Of a DNA stretch of 64,000 nucleotides, positions 28,884-37,797 are shown piece by piece. The notes beneath the pieces were generated by a model. It was not told the origin of the DNA and did not search any database. It saw only the letters and a program-made list of their open reading frames with translations. Each line of letters opens with the position of its first letter. Within the stretch, counting starts at the first letter, position 1. The position numbers were made by a program, and so were the translations under genes. The DNA is from an uncultured Gemmatimonadaceae bacterium (GTDB taxonomy: Bacteria > Gemmatimonadota > Gemmatimonadetes > Gemmatimonadales > Gemmatimonadaceae), in assembly GCA_963751275.1 (NCBI GenBank), contig CAVVTZ010000007.1, positions 864,001-928,000 on the forward strand, in the 5' to 3' direction.

Positions 28884-31333
28884 GGATCCTCCGCGCCGCC
28901 GCCGCCGCGCTCGTTCTGGGCGGCGCGCTCTACGCGGGCGCGTTCAGCGTGCGCGGCGTGCCCGCGCTCGGCCCGCTGCTCGATCCCGCCAACGGCATCT
29001 GGCATGTGGCCGCGAACGCGGAGCTGCCGCGCGAGGCGAGCGCGCAAGTCCCGGGCCTCACCGCGCCCGTGCGCGTGCTGTACGACGACCGCGCCGTGCC
29101 GCACATCTTCGCCGCCACCGAAGCCGACGCGCAGCGCGCCCTCGGCTACGTCGTCGCGCGCGACCGCCTCTTCCAGCTCGAACTCCACGCCCACGCCGGC
29201 GCCGGCACCCTCACCGAAATGCTCGGCAAGCGCGCGCTGGGCATGGACCGCCGAATGCGAGGGTTGGGCTTGCCGCTCTCAGCGGAATGGAAGCTGGCGC
29301 AGGCGTCAGGCGTCAGTCGTCAATCGTCAGTCGGCATTTTTGCCTTTAGTGAGGGCGTCAACGCCTATATCACGAGCCTCGCCCCGCGCGACTATCCCTT
29401 CGAAGACAAACTCCTCTCCCGCGCGCCGTCGCCGTGGATGCCCATCAACAGCATCCACCTCTTCAACAACATGACGCTGGACCTCGCGTTCAACGGCCAG
29501 GAGATGACGAATCTCGCCGTGCGCCAGCGCGTGGGACGCGCCGCCGCGGACGCGCTCTTCCCGGTGAACAGTCCGGTGCAGGAACCGATCCAGGTGTCGA
29601 GCCGCGCCGAGCCGCGCACGGATTTCCGGATCATCCCGCCCCCGGGCAAGCCCGAGCCGTATCCGTGGCGGGTCGCGTCCACCGAACGATCGCGCGATGA
29701 GTTGATCATCGGCTCGAACAACTGGGCCGTGGCCCCGAAGCGCACGCACGATGGCCACGCGATCCTGGCCGGCGATCCGCACCTCGACCTCTCGCTCCCG
29801 TCGATCTGGTACGAGGCGCACCTCGTGGTGCCCGGCACCATGGATGTGTACGGCGTCACGATCCCCGGCGCGCCGTCGATCATCATCGGCTTCAACCGCG
29901 ACGTGGCGTGGAGCTTCACGAACGTCAGCGGCGATTTCGTGGACCGCTACGTGGAGACGGTGGACGACAGCGCGCATCCGACCCAGTACAAGCTCGATGG
30001 AAAATGGCGCCCGCTCACCACGCACATCGAGCAATACCGCGGTACGGACGGCGCGGTGATCGCGACGGACACGATCTACTGGACGCACCGCGGCCCGATG
30101 CACCATGTGAACGGCCGCTGGATCTCCATGCGCTGGACCGCGAACGACAGCTCGCTCAGCGCGACGACCTTCGAACACGCGCAGCACGCGCACTCCGTTG
30201 CCGAGTTCATGGCGGCGATGGCGCCGTACCGCTCGCCCGCGCAGAACATGCTCGCCGCCGACCGCGCGGGCACGATCGCGATCCGCTCCACCGGCGCGTA
30301 CCCCATCCGCCCCGGCGACGGCCGCGGCGACGAGCTGCGCAATGGATCCACCAGCAAGAGCGACTGGACCGGCTTCGTGCCGCTCGCGAAGTACCCGCAA
30401 TCGGTGAATCCCGCGCGCGGCTATCTCTCATCGAACAACCAGCAGCCCTTCGATCCCGCCGACGATGCGCGTTACCTCGGCAGCGACTGGCCGCCGCCCT
30501 GGCGCGCGATCCGCATCAACGAACTCATGCGCGCCGACGCGAACGTCACGATGGACGACATGCGCAAGTGGCAGACGGACCCGCACAGCGCGCGCGCGGA
30601 ACTGTTCGTGCCCGCGTTCGTCGCCGCGGCTCGCGCGCGCGCGAACTCGAACGATCCCGCGCTCGCGCGCGGCGCGGAAGTGCTCGCCGAGTGGGACCGC
30701 GCGTACACGGCGGACGACCAGCACGCCATTCTCTTCGAGAACGCCATGGCGGAGATGGTCGATCGCGTGTGGGACGAACTCGGCAGCGATGATATCGCGG
30801 GCGGGAGAGTGCCGACGCCGAGCGGGAGCGTGCTGGCCGAGCTGCTGCAGCAGCCGAAGAGCGCGTGGTGGGACGACAAGCGCACGCCCAAGGTCGAGAC
30901 GCGCGATGACATTCTCGCCGCGGCGCTCTCGGCGGCGTATACGCGCACCGTGAAGGAACTCGGCGAGCCCGACGAGGGCGGATGGCGGTGGGGGCGGCTG
31001 CGTCACGCGAACATCTACCACCTGCTCCAGATCCCGGCGCTCAGCGCGTTGCTGGTGCCGAGCCAGGGCGGGCCGAGCACGCTGAGCCCGGTGGGCTCCG
31101 ATGGAAGGCACGGCGCGAGCTGGCGGATGGTGGTGGAACTGGGCCCCGAAGTGCACGCGATGGCGACGTACCCCGGCGGGCAATCGGGGAATCCGGCCAG
31201 CGCGCGCTATCAGGATCATCTGGTGACGTGGAGCAAAGGAGAGCTGGACAGCGTGCGGTTCCCGAAGAGCGAGACCGCGCTCGACCGGCGGCTCGTGATC
31301 TCGACGCTCACTTTGACGCCGGCGGCCAAGTGA
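28880..31333 (+). CDS. Penicillin/AHL acylase family Ntn-hydrolase (start uncertain: CTG 28880 or GTG 28949)
   Basis: VPHIFA, DRLFQLE, GSNNWAV nucleophile, DPHL, WYE, PGGQSGNP motifs. Confidence 0.9.
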   Translation: MRILRAAAAALVLGGALYAGAFSVRGVPALGPLLDPANGIWHVAANAELPREASAQVPGLTAPVRVLYDDRAVPHIFAATEADAQRALGYVVARDRLFQLELHAHAGAGTLTEMLGKRALGMDRRMRGLGLPLSAEWKLAQASGVSRQSSVGIFAFSEGVNAYITSLAPRDYPFEDKLLSRAPSPWMPINSIHLFNNMTLDLAFNGQEMTNLAVRQRVGRAAADALFPVNSPVQEPIQVSSRAEPRTDFRIIPPPGKPEPYPWRVASTERSRDELIIGSNNWAVAPKRTHDGHAILAGDPHLDLSLPSIWYEAHLVVPGTMDVYGVTIPGAPSIIIGFNRDVAWSFTNVSGDFVDRYVETVDDSAHPTQYKLDGKWRPLTTHIEQYRGTDGAVIATDTIYWTHRGPMHHVNGRWISMRWTANDSSLSATTFEHAQHAHSVAEFMAAMAPYRSPAQNMLAADRAGTIAIRSTGAYPIRPGDGRGDELRNGSTSKSDWTGFVPLAKYPQSVNPARGYLSSNNQQPFDPADDARYLGSDWPPPWRAIRINELMRADANVTMDDMRKWQTDPHSARAELFVPAFVAAARARANSNDPALARGAEVLAEWDRAYTADDQHAILFENAMAEMVDRVWDELGSDDIAGGRVPTPSGSVLAELLQQPKSAWWDDKRTPKVETRDDILAAALSAAYTRTVKELGEPDEGGWRWGRLRHANIYHLLQIPALSALLVPSQGGPSTLSPVGSDGRHGASWRMVVELGPEVHAMATYPGGQSGNPASARYQDHLVTWSKGELDSVRFPKSETALDRRLVISTLTLTPAAK

Positions 31334-31671
31334 TGCGCACCGTGCTGCGATTCGCGCTGCTGGCTGTGGCGTTCGCGTTGGCGACGCGCGCGGCGGGATG
31401 GTGGGCGGTTCCGGTGACGGCGGGGCTGTGGACGGTGATCTACCGCGGGCCATCGGGGGCGGCGTGGAAGACCGGACTGGCGGCGGTGATCGGATGGGGC
31501 GGGATCCTGCTATGGACCGCGGCGACCGGACCGCTCGGCGAACTGATGAGGAGATTCGCGGGAGTGGTAGGCGTACCGGCGGCCGGACTGATCGTGCTCA
31601 CGCTCGTGTTCGGGGGAGCGCTCTCCTGGAGCGCGGCCGAACTTACCGAGCAGCTACTACCGCGAAAGTAG
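31333..31671 (+). CDS. Small hydrophobic membrane protein
   Basis: ATG overlaps acylase stop (TGATG); ~112 aa with several TM segments. Confidence 0.7.
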   Translation: MRTVLRFALLAVAFALATRAAGWWAVPVTAGLWTVIYRGPSGAAWKTGLAAVIGWGGILLWTAATGPLGELMRRFAGVVGVPAAGLIVLTLVFGGALSWSAAELTEQLLPRK

Positions 31672-31986
31672 CACCCCTAACTCCGTATTTGGTCACCCGA
31701 ACTCCGCAATTAGCAGAAGAGTTGTGGTCACTGCTCAGGCGCCATTGGCGCTTGCGGCTACGGTTACCAGCAACGCTTGAGCCCTGACCACGCCTCAGTT
31801 GCCAAGTACGGAGTTCGGGGGACCAAGTACGTAGTTCTTGGGGTCCTGAGCCCTGACTGCGCCTCAGTTGCCAAGTACGGAGTTCGGGGGACCAAGAACG
31901 CAGTTCGTGGGGCTACCAGCAACGCCTGAGCCCTGACTATACCTCGGTCGCCAAGTACGGAGTTCGGGTGACCAAGGACGTAGTGC
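31672..31986. repeat. Three direct ~60-bp repeats plus one inverted partial copy, internally heptamer-phased
   Basis: tgagccctgac...ccaagtacggagttcggg.gaccaag starts at 31778, 31847 and 31927; inverted arm at ~31672-31711. Confidence 0.85.
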
Positions 31987-32051
31987 ATGCCGTAATCTGT
32001 TGCAATATTTAGACTTTGGCCCCGCCCTCCAGTCGGTTATATTGATTGACT

Positions 32052-33893
32052 ATGGATATCCGTAATATCGCCATCATCGCCCACGTCGATCACGGCAAAA
32101 CCACCCTCGTGGACAAAATGCTCCGGCAAGCCGGGGCGTTCCGCGAGAATCAGGTCGTCGAAGAGCGCGTGATGGATTCGAACCCGCTCGAGCGGGAGCG
32201 GGGCATCACGATCCTCGCCAAGAACACGTCGGTGCGCTGGCACGGCGTGAAGATCAATATCGTCGACACCCCGGGTCACGCGGACTTCGGCGGCGAAGTG
32301 GAGCGCATCCTCCGCATGGTGGATGGCGTCCTCCTCGTGGTGGACGCCTTCGACGGCCCGATGCCGCAGACGCGCTTCGTGCTCCGCAAGGCGCTCGCGT
32401 TGGGCCGTACGCCCATCGTCGTCATAAATAAGATTGACCGGCCCGGCGCCGACCCGCACCGCGTGCATCACGAGGTGCTCGGCCTCTTCCTGGAACTCGA
32501 AGCGAACGACGAGCAGCTCGACGCGCCCGTGGTCTACGCCTCGGCGCGGCAGGGCGTCGCGACGATGGACGCCGACAAGCCCGGCACCGATCTCGTGCCG
32601 CTCTTCCAGACGATCGTCGATCACGTGCCCGCGCCGCGCTTCGCGCCCAGCGAGCCGTTCCAGATGCTCATCTCCACGATCGACCACTCGCCGTACCTCG
32701 GCCGCCTGGGCATCGGCCGCATCGAGCGCGGCACCGTCACGGTGGGCGGCGAGCTCGCGCTCCTGCCGCTCGACCCGACGCTGCCCATGCAGCGCTCGCG
32801 CGTCACGAAGCTCTTCGTCTACGAAGGACTCGAGCGCCTCGAAGTGCCCAGCGCGATGTCGGGCGACATTGTCGCGCTCGCGGGACTCGAAGGCGTCGAG
32901 ATCGGGCTCACCGTCACCGCGGCCGACACGCCCGAGCGCCTCGCGGGGATCGCGGTGGAAGAGCCGACGATCAGCGTGGACTTCGTCGTGAACAATTCGC
33001 CCTTCGCCGGCAAGGAAGGGAAGTTCGTCACGTCGCGGCAATTGCGTGAGCGGCTCTATCGCGAATTGGAGCGCAACGTCGCGCTGCGTGTGGAGGACAC
33101 CGACGCCACGGACACGTGGAGCGTCTCCGGCCGCGGCGAGCTGCACCTCGGCATCCTCATGGAGACCATGCGGCGCGAGGGCTACGAGTTCCAGGTGTCG
33201 CGCCCGCGCGTGATCACGCGCGAGGGACCCGGCGGCGAGCGCCTCGAGCCGTACGAGGAACTCTCCATTGACGTGCCCGAGGAATTCCTCGGCGCCGTGA
33301 TCGAGAAGCTCGGGCCGCGCCGCGCCGAGATGCTCGAGATGAAGAACCCCGGTCAGAACCTCGTTCGGCTGCTCTATCGCATCCCGGCGCGTGGATTGTT
33401 CGGCTACCGGTCGGAATTCCTGACCGATACGCGGGGAACCGGGATCATCCATCATCGCTTCCTGGAGTACGGGCCGTGGGCCGGTCCGCTGGCGGGGCGC
33501 AAGCGCGGCACGCTCGTGAGCATGGAAGGCGGAGTGGCGGTGGCGTTCGGCTTGTGGAACCTTCAGGATCGCTCGACGTTATTCGTAGGACCGGGCACGC
33601 CGGTATACGAAGGGATGATCATCGGCGAGAACGCGCGTCCCGGCGACATGGATGTGAATCCGACGAAGGAGAAGAAGCTGTCGAACATGCGCACCACCGG
33701 CACCGACGAGAACATCCAGCTGGAGCCGCCGCGCGACATGACGCTGGAGATGGCGCTCGAATACATCGATGAGGACGAGCTGATCGAGATCACGCCGGCG
33801 AGCATCCGGCTTCGGAAGCGCGCGCTCAGCACGAACGATCGCCGCAAGCAGTCGCGGGAACTGAAGCGCGAGCGCGAGCGCGCGTCGTTGTAA
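32052..33893 (+). CDS. typA: Translational GTPase TypA/BipA
   Basis: [41 protein letters not shown]-terminal [11 protein letters not shown]. Confidence 0.97.
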   Translation: MDIRNIAIIAHVDHGKTTLVDKMLRQAGAFRENQVVEERVMDSNPLERERGITILAKNTSVRWHGVKINIVDTPGHADFGGEVERILRMVDGVLLVVDAFDGPMPQTRFVLRKALALGRTPIVVINKIDRPGADPHRVHHEVLGLFLELEANDEQLDAPVVYASARQGVATMDADKPGTDLVPLFQTIVDHVPAPRFAPSEPFQMLISTIDHSPYLGRLGIGRIERGTVTVGGELALLPLDPTLPMQRSRVTKLFVYEGLERLEVPSAMSGDIVALAGLEGVEIGLTVTAADTPERLAGIAVEEPTISVDFVVNNSPFAGKEGKFVTSRQLRERLYRELERNVALRVEDTDATDTWSVSGRGELHLGILMETMRREGYEFQVSRPRVITREGPGGERLEPYEELSIDVPEEFLGAVIEKLGPRRAEMLEMKNPGQNLVRLLYRIPARGLFGYRSEFLTDTRGTGIIHHRFLEYGPWAGPLAGRKRGTLVSMEGGVAVAFGLWNLQDRSTLFVGPGTPVYEGMIIGENARPGDMDVNPTKEKKLSNMRTTGTDENIQLEPPRDMTLEMALEYIDEDELIEITPASIRLRKRALSTNDRRKQSRELKRERERASL

Positions 33894-33922
33894 CGGGACA
33901 CCTTCCTTCGGAGGCACCGGGC

Positions 33923-34195
33923 ATGCTGGACGAACTCGAGCCGTCAGAAGAACCGCGCATGTTCCGGCGCGGAGACGACGGCCTCGAAGCGGGCGCGGCG
34001 AAAGAGCCGGACGACGAGGACGACCTCGAAGACGAGGACGACCTCGACGACAATGAGATGGACGACGATGAAGATGATCTCGACGACGACCTCGACGACG
34101 ATCTGATCGATCTCGATGATGAGTTCGACGATCCCGAGGGGGATCGCGAGCGCCAGCATCCGCCCCACCCCCCGCGGCGGAAGTACGACGACTGA
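33923..34195 (+). CDS. Small Asp/Glu-rich hypothetical protein
   Basis: GGAGG RBS upstream; 90 aa with long acidic tract and basic C-terminus. Confidence 0.55.
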   Translation: MLDELEPSEEPRMFRRGDDGLEAGAAKEPDDEDDLEDEDDLDDNEMDDDEDDLDDDLDDDLIDLDDEFDDPEGDRERQHPPHPPRRKYDD

Positions 34196-34235
34196 TCGAT
34201 CGGCTCGGCGCGAGGCGCCGGGCAAGCCCACCATA

Positions 34236-34315
34236 CAATCGTGTCAATCATGTTCATCCTGTCAAAGCAGTGCACCGGCAACTACTTTGACAGGATGAAC
34301 GTGATGGACATGATG
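34236..34315. repeat. 9-bp-periodic palindromic element, family copy 3
   Basis: caatcgtgtcaatcatgttcatcctgtcaaag ... ctttgacaggatgaacgtgatggacatgatg. Confidence 0.85.
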
Positions 34316-34347
34316 TGAACTGCACACCCGAATAACGGAGATCGGCC

Positions 34348-35040
34348 ATGCGCACGAGACTCATCGTTACTTCATTGCTCGTCGCGGCCCCTCTCGTCGC
34401 GCAGAGCCCCGACATGCAGCAGAAGGTCGCGGCGCTCAAGCAGTCGATCGCCGAGAACCAGGCGGCGCTGCGGAAGTACCAGTGGATCCAGACCACCAAG
34501 ATCTCGCTCAATGGCGAGGTCAAGCAGACGCAGGTTTCCCAGTGCCAGTATCAGGGCCCGGGCAAGCCGGTGTGCACGGAGCTGAGCAACACGCCGGCCG
34601 AGAAGCCGAGCGGCGGCCCGGTCCGGAAGAAGATGATCGAGAACAAGATCGCCGAGATGAAGGCGTACATGGACAGCGTGAAGACCCTCGTGGCCATGTA
34701 CGTGCCGCCGAACGGCGAGAAGATCGAGGCCGCGCGCAACACCGGGAACGTCTCGTTCTCCGAGAATCCCTCGGCCGGCACCGAGAGCATCGTGATCTCG
34801 AACTACGCCCAGAAGGGCGACAACATGGCGGTCGTGCTCGGCGCGGTGGGGAAGGGGATCCGGGAGCTGGTGATCAACTCGTGGCTCAACGATCCCACGC
34901 AGGTCGTGACGCTGCGCGTGACGATGGCCAAGCTCCCTGACGGCACGCGCTACTCCGCGAGCAAGGTGCTGAACGCGACGGCAAAGGGGATCACCGTGGC
35001 GATCACGGCGACGAATTACTCGATGGTCGCGGGCCAGTAA
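34348..35040 (+). CDS. Secreted hypothetical protein (paralog 1)
   Basis: GGAG RBS, signal peptide, CQYQGPGKPVCTE motif shared with the next gene. Confidence 0.8.
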   Translation: MRTRLIVTSLLVAAPLVAQSPDMQQKVAALKQSIAENQAALRKYQWIQTTKISLNGEVKQTQVSQCQYQGPGKPVCTELSNTPAEKPSGGPVRKKMIENKIAEMKAYMDSVKTLVAMYVPPNGEKIEAARNTGNVSFSENPSAGTESIVISNYAQKGDNMAVVLGAVGKGIRELVINSWLNDPTQVVTLRVTMAKLPDGTRYSASKVLNATAKGITVAITATNYSMVAGQ

Positions 35041-35088
35041 CGCGCGAGATGGTCTGACGGCTCACGCCGGCGTTCGGTGTTCGTCGTC

Positions 35089-35190
35089 ATCCTGTCAATC
35101 CTGAAAATCCTGTCATCCTGTCAAAGCAGTGCCGTTCCCACTAACGACACTGCTTTGACAGGATGACAGGATTTTCAGGATTGACAGGAT
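35089..35190. repeat. 9-bp-periodic palindromic element, family copy 4 (perfect 43-bp inverted repeat)
   Basis: 35089-35131 is the exact reverse complement of 35148-35190. Confidence 0.9.
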
Positions 35191-35254
35191 ACGGCTGGGT
35201 GTTCCATTTCTGGGCGGAAGGTTGGAGTATGCGTACGATCAACGGAGATGGAAC

Positions 35255-35959
35255 ATGCGAATGAAATACCTCGTGGCTTCATTGCTCATCGCGGCACCGC
35301 TCGCGGCGCCGCTCGCGGCACAGGCCCCCCAGCAGCAGGTGGCGGAGTTCCGGCAGATGCTGGCGGCGAACCAGGCGAAGCGGCGGATGTTCACGTGGCT
35401 CGAGACCACGCACGTCGCGTATCAGGGCGTGATCAAGGTGACCAAGGTGACGGACTGCCAGTACAGCGGGCCGAGTCCGAAGCCGGTGTGCACGGAGATC
35501 AGCCTGCAGCAGGCGCCGCCGCCGAGTGGGTTCTTCCGGCGGAAGATCGCGGAGAAGAAGGAAGGCGAGATGAAGGCGTACATGGACACCGTGCGCACGC
35601 TGCTCGCGGAGTACGTGCCGATCGCGCCGGCGCTAGTGGAAAAGGCGTACCAGAGCGGGAATGTCGCGATCTCGATGGATCCGTCGAACGGCACGAAGAA
35701 GCTGGTGATCTCGAGCTACCGGATGCCGAACGACAACCTGACCGTAGTCTTCAACGCGGCCACGAAGCAGTTGGTATCGGCGAGCATTGCGACGTACACG
35801 GGCACGGCGGCGAACCCGGTGCCGGTGACGGCCAACGTGACATTCGCGACGCTGCCGAATGGGGTGTTCTATGCGTACCAGAAGACTTTGAATGCCACGG
35901 GGGCGCAGATCACGGTGACCATTACCAGCACTGACTTCTCCGAGATGATCCAGCAGTAA
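35255..35959 (+). CDS. Secreted hypothetical protein (paralog 2)
   Basis: Signal peptide; CQYSGPSPKPVCTE and EMKAYMDTVRTL align with 34348-35040. Confidence 0.8.
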   Translation: MRMKYLVASLLIAAPLAAPLAAQAPQQQVAEFRQMLAANQAKRRMFTWLETTHVAYQGVIKVTKVTDCQYSGPSPKPVCTEISLQQAPPPSGFFRRKIAEKKEGEMKAYMDTVRTLLAEYVPIAPALVEKAYQSGNVAISMDPSNGTKKLVISSYRMPNDNLTVVFNAATKQLVSASIATYTGTAANPVPVTANVTFATLPNGVFYAYQKTLNATGAQITVTITSTDFSEMIQQ

Positions 35960-36003
35960 CTACCAGCGTCTGGACGGCAGACGGCAGTACAACGAACTGC
36001 TAG

Positions 36004-36183
36004 CTGCCGGAGTAGGACGAGGCACTGGCACTACGAACGCCGTCGTTTGCGAGTAACGCCGTAGAGAGTGAGACTGGGGACTTGATGCGCCATTCGTCGT
36101 TCAAGTCCCCAGTTCGACATTCTACGGCGTTACTCGCAAACGACGCCGTATGTGGTGCCCGCACCGGGTCCTACTCTCGGCAG
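36004..36183. repeat. ~180-bp long imperfect hairpin
   Basis: Perfect 25-bp arm 36041-36065/36121-36145, inner 13-bp arm 36073-36085/36101-36113, outer arm 36004-36018/36168-36183. Confidence 0.85.
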
Positions 36184-36199
36184 TCGCGGATCGAGTGGC

Positions 36200-36226
36200 A
36201 TCGGTTCGATTCCGATAGGCTCCACC
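36200..36226 (+). other. tRNA-Ala-like 3' fragment (T-arm + acceptor 3' strand)
   Basis: ATCGG-TTCGATT-CCGAT T-arm followed by AGGCTCC-ACC; no 5' half found. Confidence 0.55.
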
Positions 36227-36395
36227 GAGGCGTTGCCAATCGCGGTGGAAGATTGTATCGTTGGAAACCGAAGGCAGTGTCGAGTCTCGCACACTCGGAT
36301 AAAGCATTGTTTTCGTCGCACACGGTGGAGCCCAAAGGGCCCGGAGGGCCGCCAGCAGCCGAGGCGGCCCTCGTTGCATCCGCCGCTCTCGTTCG

Positions 36396-36424
36396 TTGAC
36401 TGCGTGTATGAGCCCGGCTAACTT
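36396..36424 (+). promoter_or_regulatory. Sigma70-type promoter for tRNA-Ile
   Basis: TTGACT-17 bp-TAACTT ending 12 bp before the tRNA. Confidence 0.6.
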
Positions 36425-36436
36425 TGGTTGCTAACC

Positions 36437-36510
<74 letters not shown>

Positions 36511-36521
36511 TGGCACGGAAG

Positions 36522-36563
36522 ATCACGCCCCGCTTGAGCTTAAATGCTTGGGCGGGGCGATTC
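36522..36563 (+). terminator. GC-rich hairpin downstream of tRNA-Ile
   Basis: atcacgccccgcttgagc-ttaaat-gcttgggcggggcgattc; the same hairpin family follows the longer tRNA fragments. Confidence 0.7.
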
Positions 36564-36627
36564 ACATCGGCGGATTCCGACCGATGGTGTAAGTTCGTGG
36601 TGTACGCGACCGCACGCCCAGGGGAAG

Positions 36628-37686
36628 ATGAGCGCTCTCGATCTCACCATTGCGATCCACGAAGCGGGACACGCAGTAATCGGCATTCGGCGGGGCCTTC
36701 GGCTGCTCTTCATCAAACGCGACTGTGGCAGGGACGACCCCAATCCCTGCTGTGGGTGGGCGCCGCACAATAATCCCCTGGATGTCATCGACATGATGCT
36801 CGCCGGAGAGATCGCTGGAGATCGCCATCACCTCGAGTTCGGGGGCGACCCGCAAGGCGAGCCCGGCCTTCAGCGAGATCGCGATGACGTCGAGGCCCGA
36901 CTGGCAGAAGTTGCACCAGGCATTGAGCAGCGCGCGCTGCTTCGCAAAGCGCGAGCTGCTGTGGTACGGGAGGAGATTGGCTCGAGCGTCGTATGGGGCG
37001 CGATCGAGGAGATCTCCGCCGCTCAGCTTCGCGACGGCCTTCTCGCGGGTGGCACGGTCGCCGCGATCGTCGCGAACCGGGCGCCCTTCCGACCTGCCGA
37101 CGGTCGCTCGCGGACGGGCCGAGCCGCTGGCGAATCGGCGAGCGCACCAGAGGCCGCGGTTCCGCGACGCGCTGAGCTCACGATCGCCTATGAGGAGTGC
37201 AAGGTGGCGCTCCTGCCCCTCCTCCGCGAGCGCGTCTTTCACGTCACGGCGGCTTCGAATCTTGACGCGATCATTGCCTCCGGGTCCCTACTGGCGAATC
37301 CTCCCGATGGCTCGACAGGTCACTTCGGTCGCTACCTCCAGTCCTATGGCCGCACGCTCAATAAGGTTTCATTCTTCGACTATCGGGAGCGGACCGAGGA
37401 GGCACTCGAGGAATCGTTCACCAAGTGCTCTCCGTGGTCCGGACTCCATGCGTGCGATCATCGCATCGCGATTCTGTTCCTGTCGCGGGTTGAGTGGCAC
37501 GCTCTGGAGCGCTGGACGCGCGAAGCGATGATCGCGACGCGGTGGCTCCAGGCTGTGCCGTGGGTCGAGTCGTGGCACGCGAGTCCGGTCCCTCTCAACC
37601 ACATCGAGGAGATTCTCCTTGTCGCCGTCGCTGAACCGACCGACCCTTTTCTACAAGCAATGCTCAAGCGTTCGCGGCGATCGTAG
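36628..37686 (+). CDS. Hypothetical fusion: HEAGH (M41-like zincin) N-domain + ADP-ribosyltransferase-like C-domain
   Basis: IAIHEAGHAVIG...MMLAGEIA...DRDD, low-complexity linker, then RVFHVTAASNLDAIIASGSLL. Confidence 0.6.
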   Translation: MSALDLTIAIHEAGHAVIGIRRGLRLLFIKRDCGRDDPNPCCGWAPHNNPLDVIDMMLAGEIAGDRHHLEFGGDPQGEPGLQRDRDDVEARLAEVAPGIEQRALLRKARAAVVREEIGSSVVWGAIEEISAAQLRDGLLAGGTVAAIVANRAPFRPADGRSRTGRAAGESASAPEAAVPRRAELTIAYEECKVALLPLLRERVFHVTAASNLDAIIASGSLLANPPDGSTGHFGRYLQSYGRTLNKVSFFDYRERTEEALEESFTKCSPWSGLHACDHRIAILFLSRVEWHALERWTREAMIATRWLQAVPWVESWHASPVPLNHIEEILLVAVAEPTDPFLQAMLKRSRRS

Positions 37687-37797
37687 TGCTCGGGCGGGGC
37701 GTTTCCATTGCGTTCGAGCACCGAACGCTGTCTCTTGGAGGCAGCATCCGAACTGGGAGTGGCCCACGTCCATTGCCACGGGGAGACCTTGCCCACG

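Noticed and set aside
31672..31986. CRISPR array
   Set aside because: Units are ~60 bp with only short, non-unique linkers and an inverted copy; no cas genes in the window.
36184..36436. Permuted or two-piece tmRNA, or split tRNA
   Set aside because: Only a 27-nt 3' fragment; no matching 5' acceptor strand or tag reading frame found.
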